Source: Thermodesulfobacteriota bacterium
Lineage (GTDB): Bacteria; Desulfobacterota; Desulfobacteria; Desulfobacterales; C00003060
Direction of reading: 5' to 3'
Length of the DNA stretch: 64,000 nt
Assembly (NCBI GenBank): GCA_034189385.1
Contig: JAXHVD010000019.1
Span: forward strand, 26,181-90,180
The notes under the pieces were generated by a model. That model had not been told where the DNA came from, did not search any database, and was given only the letters and a program-made list of their open reading frames with translations. Below, piece after piece: positions 1 to 8,748 of the stretch; position 1 is the stretch's first letter; the number at the start of each line of letters is the position of its first letter. Made by a program: the position numbers and the translations under genes.

Positions 1-2
1 CA

Positions 3-764
3 ATGCAAGCAGGCCGACCTTTCACTGAAAACAACGGAATGGCCGCCAACAACATCCACCGTCACAAGACCTTCTGAAAGACTCATGGCAAGTTCTATGG
101 AATCGGCCAAACGGTTCCTGGCGGAGTCCTTGACAGCCAGGCGGTCTACTACTACCTCCACTGTGTGCCGCCTGTTCTTGTCAAGGGTGATGCCTTGCTC
201 CAGGTCATAAATCTTGCCGTCTATCTGGACCCTGGCAAATCCGTCCCTTCTGAGCCTTTGAAGCAGTTTCTGATGGGTTCCCTTCTGTCTGCTCACCACT
301 GGAGACAAGATGATAATCCTGGTCCCGTGCTCGAGGGCCATGACTTGGTCCACCATCTGCTCGACCGTTTGGGCGGAAACAGGCTGCCCACACTGATAGC
401 AGAAGGGATCTCCAACTCTGGCAAAAAGGACCCGCAGGTAATCATGGATCTCGGTGACGGTCCCTACGGTAGATCTGGGGTTTTTCGTAGTCGATTTCTG
501 CTCAATAGCGATAGCCGGAGAAAGGCCTTCAATGATGTCCACATCTGCCTTGTCCATACGCTCCAGAAACTGGCGCGCATAGGCAGAGAGTGATTCCACG
601 TATCGGCGTTGTCCTTCGGCATAGAGCGTATCAAAGGCGAGTGTAGATTTGCCGGAACCTGACAGCCCCGTCACCACCACAAGTCGATTCCTTGGAATGT
701 CCACATCGATATTCTTAAGATTGTGCTGTCGTGCACCGCGCACGACAATGGCATCAAAGGACAT
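3..764 (-). CDS. uvrA: Excinuclease ABC subunit A, 5' part (runs off window start)
   Basis: Manual minus-strand translation from ATG at 764: [67 protein letters not shown], the canonical UvrA N-terminus with Walker A. Absent from the ORF track because the stop lies outside the window. Confidence 0.97.
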   Translation of the reverse strand, partial: MSFDAIVVRGARQHNLKNIDVDIPRNRLVVVTGLSGSGKSTLAFDTLYAEGQRRYVESLSAYARQFLERMDKADVDIIEGLSPAIAIEQKSTTKNPRSTVGTVTEIHDYLRVLFARVGDPFCYQCGQPVSAQTVEQMVDQVMALEHGTRIIILSPVVSRQKGTHQKLLQRLRRDGFARVQIDGKIYDLEQGITLDKNRRHTVEVVVDRLAVKDSARNRLADSIELAMSLSEGLVTVDVVGGHSVVFSERSACLH

Positions 765-1401
765 TTTGCTCAATCCGGTGCCCTATTTTAAGGTCACAAA
801 GGGGTTGATGAAATGGCAAACGAGCTGTTGTAACCACGCCGAGTCCGCTGCAAGGGAAGCAAAAAAAGATTTGAGATGTGCACTTCAACCAAGGCCCACT
901 CTTTTGGATCGTGAGTCTTGGTTTTCCTGTGCCTGCCGACGGAAACATCGTGGGTGCCCTCCTTATGCTCATAAGAATGGAAAGACCGGATCTCACCGCC
1001 AAATGGTGACGAAAAGGGCGTCCGTCTGTCATTGTCCATGGCAAAGGGCCTATCGTCAACAGATATTCATGGGTCCCAGTTGCGAGCCATAAGGCTATAT
1101 TTATCTGTATTCTGGTTTTGGTGGAGTTGAACAAGGCAAGCAGGAGATTCGCCGGTGGCAAGATAGGCGCTGTGACCAATCTCGTTTCCATCTCGGTCGC
1201 TTTGTTGTCTCTTGCCGACTAGGTGTTTGCTTGACCAATATCTCCCAGAGAAAGCGTTTTTTCCCCCAAACGCTCTTCACGATAGGCCACCTGTCCTACC
1301 TGGCTTTTGGCGGCATCAGGATCGCCAGTGACTGACATCTTCAACAGGAGTAGAGCCCCCCAGTCTCCCGTTGGATTTCTCCTTTCCCAAGATATCCTTA
1401 C

Positions 1402-1605
1402 TTAACGGGATGTTGCCCAAACCGCAATCTCTTTGACCGGTTCGTTGGGGCGTTTTTTGCCGACAAATCTTGGCGATGCGAAAAACGAGCGATTTCAACT
1501 TCTTGAGCCCGAAGGGCGAGTTTTGAAAGCGCCTGGAGCAAGCCTTAGATTTGTCAAAAAACGTCTCAGAACAAGGGAAAAGGGATTTGGGCAACAGCCC
1601 GTTAA
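1402..1605. mobile_element. ~200 bp MITE, copy 1 (TTAA-flanked, terminal inverted repeats)
   Basis: Starts TTAACGGGATGTTGCCCAAA and ends TTTGGGCAACAGCCCGTTAA; homologous over its length to 1923-2125 in the opposite orientation. Confidence 0.85.
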
Positions 1606-1811
1606 CAAATGGCCCAAGCCATGTTCTTTCTGACAACTCGAGGCAAAAACGACAAGACCCTCTTTTATAAATATCTTGACTTTATGGCCGCCACCGCTAC
1701 CCTGCAAGACACTGGTTGCTTTCATGGAACAACACCTGCAACAGACTGGCAAGCAAAACGCCTCAATGGGCCCTTAAGTAAAATGGAATAGCCGTCTTTT
1801 CACGGTGCTGT

Positions 1812-2232
1812 CATGGTTGACGCCTCCGTAGAAAGCCTTTTTCGGGCGACATAGCGCATTTTGAGAGAAAAGCAACGAGGATGTTCGGCGTTAAGAAATG
1901 CTTACTGTTTGAGGGCCTTAGCTTAACGGGCTGTTGCCCGAATCCCTTTTCGCTTGGGCTAAAGCGCTTTTTGACAAATGTAGGGCTCGCTCCAGGCGAT
2001 GTCAAAACTCGCCCTTCGGGCTCAAGCAGTTGACATCGCAAGTCTTCCACTTTGCCAACATTTGTTGGCAAAAGACGCCTTAATGCCCGCTCAAAGGAAT
2101 TCTTGTTTGGGCAACAGCCCGTTAAGTCTTAACATTTTAGCCGAACATTACAAGTGCCCCCATCTCTTTTCAAGCCCGCAGGCGCAAATGCTCAGGGAGA
2201 GAGAAAAAGGGACTCTTCCCAACGTCATCATG
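1812..2232. mobile_element. Degenerate palindromic MITE-like element hosting the 1923-2125 insertion
   Basis: Imperfect inverted ends CATGGTTGACG..AGCCTTTTTC / GAAAAAGG..CGTCATCATG, plus internal inverted arms (TGTTCGGC / GCCGAACA) symmetric around the inserted MITE. Confidence 0.5.
1923..2125. mobile_element. ~200 bp MITE, copy 2 (inverted relative to copy 1)
   Basis: TTAACGGGCTGTTGCCCGAA ... TTTGGGCAACAGCCCGTTAA; its reverse complement shares the core TTGAGCCCGAAGGGCGAGTTTTGA with copy 1. Confidence 0.85.
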
Positions 2233-2362
2233 GGTGATGGAGGTGAAGCTCCAACAATCGAGAATATGCAATAAATTCTGTGGGATTGTATGTGAGTTGT
2301 TACCTGTAATCTTCAAGCCGGATGCCGACAAAATGGCGTCCCAAGAGCAAAAAGGTGAAATC

Positions 2363-2668
2363 ATGGCCATTGCAGAAATCAGCGTGGTTCCCATCGGCAC
2401 AAAGTCGACCAGCCTCAGCAGCTATGTTGCCGCGTGTCTCAAGGTTTTGGAGGACTCTGGCATGACCTACGAGCTTCACGGCATGGGAACCAACATTCAG
2501 GGGGACCTAGAAGCCCTCTTCGAGGTTGTCCGGAAAATGCACGAAGTGCCTTTTGGGCGAGGGGCACTTCGAGTAGTGACCAACATCAAGATAGATGACA
2601 GGCGAGACAAAAAAGGCTCGGCAAAGGGCAAGGTGGACGCCGTGTTGATGAAACGACGACAGGTCTGA
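2363..2668 (+). CDS. MTH1187/YkoF-like thiamine-binding protein
   Basis: MAIAEISVVPIGT..SLSSYVA..YELHGMGTNIQG..RVVTNIKIDDRRDK family signature; start moved to ATG 2363 after AAGGTG. Confidence 0.9.
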   Translation: MAIAEISVVPIGTKSTSLSSYVAACLKVLEDSGMTYELHGMGTNIQGDLEALFEVVRKMHEVPFGRGALRVVTNIKIDDRRDKKGSAKGKVDAVLMKRRQV

Positions 2669-3288
2669 TCTTTCCAATCCGCTCTCGAAAGCCCCCTTTT
2701 TCCGTCCATTGTGCGCTACATTCATCCGAAGAAGCTAAGGGGCCTCGTCTCCATAGTAAATAATGGGCCCCTTATGGCCAAAGGCCCCAAGGAACAGGCC
2801 TGTCATCCTCATCGCCGCACCGATTACGACTATCTCCATTTTTCTTCCAGACAAGAGACGAACGAGATGATCTGTTTACAAAACAAAGACTTCCCGAATC
2901 TTGACCCAGAAGGGGAACTTCTTCATATACGCCTCTCTCTAACTCATGTCTTGTATTGCCTGTTTCACAATAGGGACATTTGGGCCTTGCACTTAAAGGG
3001 GACATATTTGGTCTGGTAACACAATTCTCCTATCCACGCCTTGATAGCCTGTGTCACAGGATGGTATAGGTCAAGCTGTAAGCTAGGCCTTCTCTTGCCA
3101 TGAGTTCTGTGCAATGGTCTTGCTGGAACAAGACATGGTCCCCAAAATGCCCACGACGCGTCCAAACGCTCCGACATGGGCCCTTTGACTGGTGTCACGT
3201 ATCTCTAAGGCACCACACAAGATGGATCAAAGAGTTCATATACGAGTGAAAGGGCGATAAAGGGCTCCAGCTATTCTGGAGGGCTGTA

Positions 3289-5517
3289 GTGGTTCGTCTA
3301 CCCATAGAGCTCAATTTCTGGATTATACCTCCCCTTGTAAGTTTTCTGACACTCGTCTTTCTAGCCGGCCTGGCCCTGGGCAAGGGAAAGGGCCGGAAGG
3401 TGAATCTTCTTCTTGCCGGCATTTGTCTTCTGGGGGCCTTTTTGAGCTTGGAGAAGGCCCTGGCGGCAGTCATGACTGATCCTGCTTTAGCTTTGCGTAT
3501 CAGTCGCCTAGACCACCTGTTCGTAGTCTTCTTCATCCCTTTGTACCTCCACTTCACCTGTACGTTTCTGGGAATAACCAAGCGAAAATGGTTAATCGGT
3601 TTGGCCTATGCTTTGAGTGCGTGCTTGAGTCTTCTTTCACAAGGAGACGACTACCTCATTGAGGTACGGCGCTACTTTTTCGGGTACCACGCCAAGGGTG
3701 GGCCTTTGATATATGTCTTTGGAGTGGCAAGTACAGCAAACACCCTCTATTGTCTCTATGTCCTTTTCTGCGCCCTTAGGCGGGAGAAAGACCCGGATCG
3801 AAGGAACAAGACCAAATACATCATCCTGGGACTCGGTGGCGCTGCCCTCATGGCCCACTTCAACTTCTTGCCTCTGGCGGGCATTGTTTTCTATCCCCTA
3901 GGAAACATCGCCTTTGTCCCCCTCCTTCTGCTGGGCTTTGCCGTGTTGAAACACGACTTACTCGACATCGGTTTCGTGGTTCAAAAAGGGCTTCTTTATT
4001 CTCTTCTCACAGGTTTGGTCACGGGGTCTTACGCACTTATGATCATTCTGTTCAATCAGGTCTTTCAGGGCCTAGGCCAGAGATGGTCCATTTTGTTTTC
4101 CGTCCTTTTTTTCATTGTGATCGTGTTTGTTTTTGAACCGCTCAAGAAGCATGTACAAGTGGTCATTGACAGATTGGTCTTCAAGGGCAAATACGATTAT
4201 CAGAAGACGCTCATGGCATTGAGCGATACCCTGGCCTCCATGCTAAACCTCGATGAGATCATGGAGAAGACCCTCACGACCCTTACAGAGGCCATGTATG
4301 TTGACTGGGGCTGCGTGATGCTCATGGATGACACCAAGGCCCGGTTTCAGATTCAAAGTCAGAAGGGGGCCTTGTCCAGCGTAAATGGCCAGTCCATTAG
4401 TGAGGCAAGCCCCTTGATTGTGGAATTGGGCCACAGAAAGAGGGAGGCTAGCCGCTACAGCCTTGAAGAATGGTCGGAGCGTTCCGAGGACCCCGCCGGA
4501 CTAAGAGAAGATTTCAACTCCTTAGGTGGCACGGTGATCATCCCCATGATCTTCAAAGGGCGGATAAACGGGCTTCTGGTTTTGGGAAACAAGAAGTCAG
4601 GAGATCTTTTTACGGCACAGGACCTTGAACTCCTCCGTACCCTGGCCAATCAATGTGCTGTGGCCATCGAGAACGCCAAGGCATACGCACTCATAGAGGA
4701 TCTCAATGCCAACCTTGAGAGCATGGTAGAGGAGCGGACCAGGGCGCTCACGAGGGCACTGGAAGAGAAGGAGAAGACACAAGATCTTCTCATTAGATCT
4801 GAGAGCTTGGCTGCTGTGGGGGCTCTTGTGGCAGGTGTTGCCCACGAACTCAACAACCCCCTGACGAGTGTTTCCAGCTTGGTGCAGTCGGCCGTTGAGA
4901 CAATGGAAGAGATTCCCCCTGGGCAGGTCCTTGGATCCAAGGGCCCCTCGGAAGAAAGGAAAGAGTTGATCGATGATTTGCATTTCAGCCTGAAGGAACT
5001 GAACCGCGCCAAAGATATCGTGGCAAGCCTCCTCGGCATATCCCGCCAGACCCAGGAATACTCTGAGCCTGTTATGTTGAATGATGTCTGCCGTAATGCC
5101 CTCAGGGTTCTTCACAATCAGGTCAAACGCACGGGCATTGTGATGGTGGAGGACTATGGGACGGATTTGCCGCAGATAAGAGGAAACTTTGCAAACTTGG
5201 GCCAAGTATGTCTGAACATCCTGACCAATGCCATCCAGGTGCTGGGCAATGGGCCCGGGGAGATCGTTGTCAGGACGCGGTACAGGGAGGGGGAAGGCGT
5301 GGTGGTGTTTGAATGTGAGGACAACGGTCCGGGAATCCCCCGTGAGGTCATGAAAGACATCTTTAAACCCTTTTTCACGACCAAGGAGGTAGGCAAAGGA
5401 ACGGGCTTGGGCCTATATCTTTCCTATGAGATTGTCCGCCGACACCAAGGTGATATTGTGGCTGAAAACAGTCATCAGGGCGGTGCCACCTTCCGTGTGA
5501 AACTGCCCGTGGCCTAA
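3289..5517 (+). CDS. Membrane sensor histidine kinase (multi-TM N-terminus, GAF, HisKA, HATPase)
   Basis: Many hydrophobic helices; GAF motif (GLLVLGNKKSGDLFTAQDLELL); H-box AHELNNPL; N/G1/F/G2 boxes (NILTNAIQ, DNGPGI, FFTTK, GTGLGL). Confidence 0.92.
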   Translation: MVRLPIELNFWIIPPLVSFLTLVFLAGLALGKGKGRKVNLLLAGICLLGAFLSLEKALAAVMTDPALALRISRLDHLFVVFFIPLYLHFTCTFLGITKRKWLIGLAYALSACLSLLSQGDDYLIEVRRYFFGYHAKGGPLIYVFGVASTANTLYCLYVLFCALRREKDPDRRNKTKYIILGLGGAALMAHFNFLPLAGIVFYPLGNIAFVPLLLLGFAVLKHDLLDIGFVVQKGLLYSLLTGLVTGSYALMIILFNQVFQGLGQRWSILFSVLFFIVIVFVFEPLKKHVQVVIDRLVFKGKYDYQKTLMALSDTLASMLNLDEIMEKTLTTLTEAMYVDWGCVMLMDDTKARFQIQSQKGALSSVNGQSISEASPLIVELGHRKREASRYSLEEWSERSEDPAGLREDFNSLGGTVIIPMIFKGRINGLLVLGNKKSGDLFTAQDLELLRTLANQCAVAIENAKAYALIEDLNANLESMVEERTRALTRALEEKEKTQDLLIRSESLAAVGALVAGVAHELNNPLTSVSSLVQSAVETMEEIPPGQVLGSKGPSEERKELIDDLHFSLKELNRAKDIVASLLGISRQTQEYSEPVMLNDVCRNALRVLHNQVKRTGIVMVEDYGTDLPQIRGNFANLGQVCLNILTNAIQVLGNGPGEIVVRTRYREGEGVVVFECEDNGPGIPREVMKDIFKPFFTTKEVGKGTGLGLYLSYEIVRRHQGDIVAENSHQGGATFRVKLPVA

Positions 5518-5560
5518 GATGCCCGGGGGCGCCTCCGCCTTATGCCTCCCTTGTTTTCTG

Positions 5561-6592
5561 TCATTTGCCCTTTGAAGGGTCTTCTCTGTTTTTTGCCCTC
5601 TCCGCTGCCTGGTGGGCGGCCATACCTATGGCAGCTATAAGGCTCCCCGGATCTGCCTTGCCTGTGCCTGCAATGTCATAGGCAGTACCATGGTCGACGG
5701 AGGTTCGCACAATGGGTAGCCCTAGTGTTGTATTCACCCCATCTTCGAAGTGGACCATCTTAAAGGGGATGAGGCCCTGGTCATGATACATAGAGATGAC
5801 GGCATCCCATTTGCCCTTTAGGGCCCAGTAAAAAAGGGTGTCCGGTGGATAAGGGCCGGACACATCAACGCCTTCAAGGGCAGCCTTGTCTATAGCCGGG
5901 GAAATGAGGCGGACCTCTTCATCTCCAAACAGGCCCCCTTCCCCTGCATGGGGGTTGAGTGCCGCCACAGAGAGCTTGGGCCTTGGGATGCCAAAGGAGC
6001 GTCTCAGGGCCTCATGGGTGATGCAGATAGTCTGAAGCACTGCCTCGGTCGTAAGATCCTTGGAAACCTGGGCCAAGGGAAGATGAATGGTCACCAAGGC
6101 CACTCTGAGTCTGCTGCCTGCTAGCATCATCACATACTCTGAGGTCTTCGTCTGTTTAGCCAAGAGTTCCGTGTGCCCCTCAAAGCCAAATCCGGCCTTG
6201 CGCAGGGCCATTTTGTTAATGGGACAGGTGACCAAGGCATGGGTGCGGGCCTCCATGGCCCAGTCAGCACCTTGGGTGATATAGCCTACCATGGCCCGAG
6301 CAGTCTCTTTGGTAGGATGGCCGAGCCTGAGCCGGCCATCATCCAGGCTGGAAAGGCCAACCACATCTATTTCCCCAAAGCGGTAGCGTCCCGCCTCTGG
6401 GCCCTCAACAGGTCTTACGGATAGATCTGTTTGAAGCCGCTGGGTTGCCCCACGCAACACCTGGATGTCACCTAACACCAGGGGCCGGCAAAGGTCATAC
6501 AAAGAGGTCTGTGAAAGGGCCTTTAAGACAATCTCAGGCCCGATGCCCACAGGGTCTCCCATCGTGATGCCAACAATTGGACGGTTCATCAT
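5561..6592 (-). CDS. pdxA: 4-hydroxythreonine-4-phosphate dehydrogenase
   Basis: ITMGDPVGIGPE, PINK, GHTE, LNPHAGE, MYHDQGL, RTSVDHGTAYDIAG motifs; start probably ATG 6592 or 6589. Confidence 0.96.
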   Translation of the reverse strand: MMNRPIVGITMGDPVGIGPEIVLKALSQTSLYDLCRPLVLGDIQVLRGATQRLQTDLSVRPVEGPEAGRYRFGEIDVVGLSSLDDGRLRLGHPTKETARAMVGYITQGADWAMEARTHALVTCPINKMALRKAGFGFEGHTELLAKQTKTSEYVMMLAGSRLRVALVTIHLPLAQVSKDLTTEAVLQTICITHEALRRSFGIPRPKLSVAALNPHAGEGGLFGDEEVRLISPAIDKAALEGVDVSGPYPPDTLFYWALKGKWDAVISMYHDQGLIPFKMVHFEDGVNTTLGLPIVRTSVDHGTAYDIAGTGKADPGSLIAAIGMAAHQAAERAKNREDPSKGK

Positions 6593-6672
6593 GGTTTCTA
6601 CCAAGTCCTTCAGCGCTGCATGAAAGTTTTTCTACAGGTTTTAGAAAAAGAAGTCAAATATCTCACCCCACG

Positions 6673-6773
6673 ATTGAACCCTCCCCGTGGCGACTCGACT
6701 GAGCTCGTCGAAGTCAAGCCACGGGGGCTGCGGTAGCTCTCCTGTGGAGAATGCCCTCGCTTATTCGGTTCAA
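6673..6773 (-). mobile_element. Non-autonomous IS200/IS605-like hairpin element (PATE-like), internally deleted, with a 24-bp palindromic insert
   Basis: Reverse complement reads TTGAACCGAATAAGCGAGGGCATT...CCCCGTGGCTT[insert]GCCACGGGGAGGGTTCAAT, matching both ends of 53493-53613. Confidence 0.8.
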
Positions 6774-7096
6774 AGTCCAAAGTCCCTTTACAGGGCTCGA
6801 GGTACAGGCCCCACCGTCACCACATATATCCCAGGTCTCCCTTCTACAAAGACTTTATCCTGGGAAAAACAGAGCATTATGGCTTTGCGGTATTTTTGTG
6901 GACAATTTATAGAAAATAGAAGAAAACCGAAGAAAATGAGAGATAGTGATAATTGCGAGATTTGACAATATCGGTTACAGAACACGCAAAACCTCAAAAA
7001 TACACGCACATGAGAGGGCGGTCAGGAAGGGGTACATGACAGAGCTTTTTGAAAGGGTACTGCTCAAAGTGATACGAGATTAAATGGTTATGAGAT

Positions 7097-7116
7097 GTTG
7101 AAAAATATTTCACGAA
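7097..7116. promoter_or_regulatory. Possible Rex-like operator upstream of the dnaA paralogue
   Basis: GTTGAAAAATATTTCACGAA resembles the Rex palindrome TTGTGAA-N4-TTCACAA with a good right half and a poor left half; TTGACA at 7144 lies just downstream. Confidence 0.35.
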
Positions 7117-7359
7117 CTGATCAGGACTCGCCCCCTTCCGGTTTGACAATAGAGCAGTAATAACCTAAAAGCCACACATCCTTTCAGAATTCAAGGCTAC
7201 TTTTTCCCAACATTCTCATCAAAATCCCGTATTTTGGTTTTTTTTTGAAGGCTTATACCTGGCACATGATTCTTTAGTCCCTGGAGCTTTTACTAACCTT
7301 TTAAAGGCCATGAGGCAACAGAGCCGGGCGTCAGCCCATGGTGCCTTGCCTTTCCATCT

Positions 7360-8748
7360 ATGATGAATCTAACATGTTCAGTTCCTAGTGAGGCCTGTGA
7401 TAGAACCATGGAGACTGTCTGGGATGAAGCCAAAACCCGTATTCACGAGAGGATGCCCCACCATAGCTTTATGCTGTGGGTTGAACCACTGGAGTGTCTC
7501 TCGCAGCACGATAGGGGAATCGTCTTAGGTTGCCCCACCAGCTTCTTTAAGAATTGGGTTACACGGCACTACCTGAGTCTGATGAAAGCGGAGTTGGAAG
7601 GGGTGTGGGGAGGACCTTGTGGCATTTCCCTCAAGCTCTGCGACAAGCAGGATGCAAATGGAGACAATAGGCCACAATACGACCAACTTGTTTTTCCTCA
7701 TGTCACAGATCAAGGGTATCTGCCGGCTCATTTTCACAGGGACTTCACCTTTGATCAGTTCGTAGTGGGGATATGCAATAACTTCGCCTACAATGCTGCC
7801 CTCTCATTGGCCTGCACGGACAGCATCAACCACAATCCTCTTTACCTGCTATCGAATATAGGCCTGGGCAAGAGTCATTTGTCCCACGCAGTGGCGAACC
7901 ATGTACTGTCGAAGGATCCAACCATTCGCGTCTGCTATGTCACGGCAGAAGAGTTCACCAATGGCATGATTCGCGCACTGCGCCATGACAGAATAGAAGA
8001 ATTCAAGGAGCGGTATCGGAGACAGTGTGACGTCTTGCTGCTGGAAGATGTGCAGTTTCTCAGTGGCAAGGTCAAGACACAGGGCGAGTTGGCCTGTACG
8101 TTGGACGCACTCCTTGAAGCCGAAAAGAAACTTATTTTCACAGGTACCTATCGGCCTGGTGACATCCCTAAGATGGACGAAAAGCTTACGTCCCGCCTTT
8201 CCGCAGGCGTCATCTCAAATATCGAATCTCCGGACTACGACACCCGTGTGCGCATTCTAAAGAAAAAGGCTGCACTGAAGCAGATCAGCATATCCAACGA
8301 CGTGGTCCATTATCTGGCAAGCGAACTGACACAAAATGTGAGGCAACTTGAAAGTGGGCTGATCGGGGTTTCGGCCAAAGCCTCGTTGTTGAATCTGCCC
8401 ATAGAGGTTGATCTGGCCCGCAGTGTGGTGAAGAACATCGTTCGACGTTCACAGGAAATCACGGTAGAGCGTATACAAAGGCTCGTGTGCAAGCATTACA
8501 ATCTGACCATGGAAGAATTCCTGTCCCGGTCACGGAAACGCAGCATTGCCCAACCTAGACAGATTGCCATGTATTTGGCCCGCCGCTACACAGGCCAATC
8601 CCTCCAGGCCATTGGCCGAAGCTTCAATCGGTATCACGCTACTGCACTATATGCCATAGGTACCGTAGAAAAACTCATCCGAGAGAAAGGGCCTGTCCAG
8701 AAGCAGGTGGAATTCCTTTCCCAAAAGTTGGAGTCCGGCGACATTTGA
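7360..8748 (+). CDS. dnaA: DnaA-family replication initiator, divergent paralogue
   Basis: FTFDQFVVG, NPLYL..GLGKSHL, LLLEDVQF, NVRQLESGL and PRQIAMYLAR motifs; start could be ATG 7408 (METVW). Confidence 0.9.
   Translation: MMNLTCSVPSEACDRTMETVWDEAKTRIHERMPHHSFMLWVEPLECLSQHDRGIVLGCPTSFFKNWVTRHYLSLMKAELEGVWGGPCGISLKLCDKQDANGDNRPQYDQLVFPHVTDQGYLPAHFHRDFTFDQFVVGICNNFAYNAALSLACTDSINHNPLYLLSNIGLGKSHLSHAVANHVLSKDPTIRVCYVTAEEFTNGMIRALRHDRIEEFKERYRRQCDVLLLEDVQFLSGKVKTQGELACTLDALLEAEKKLIFTGTYRPGDIPKMDEKLTSRLSAGVISNIESPDYDTRVRILKKKAALKQISISNDVVHYLASELTQNVRQLESGLIGVSAKASLLNLPIEVDLARSVVKNIVRRSQEITVERIQRLVCKHYNLTMEEFLSRSRKRSIAQPRQIAMYLARRYTGQSLQAIGRSFNRYHATALYAIGTVEKLIREKGPVQKQVEFLSQKLESGDI

Noticed and set aside
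165..1092. Plus-strand ORFs 165-593 and 649-1092
   Set aside because: Antisense shadows of uvrA and its leader.
1316..2274. Similar short ORFs containing QLLEPEGRVL
   Set aside because: They are translations of the two MITE copies, not a protein family.
2711..3198. Short ORFs between the thiamine-binding gene and the kinase; also looked for a TPP riboswitch upstream of 2363
   Set aside because: No recognisable motifs or RBS; no TPP aptamer consensus seen.
6780..7360. oriC next to the dnaA-like gene
   Set aside because: Only isolated one-mismatch boxes (e.g. TGTGGACAA 6897-6905), no box cluster and no dnaN context.
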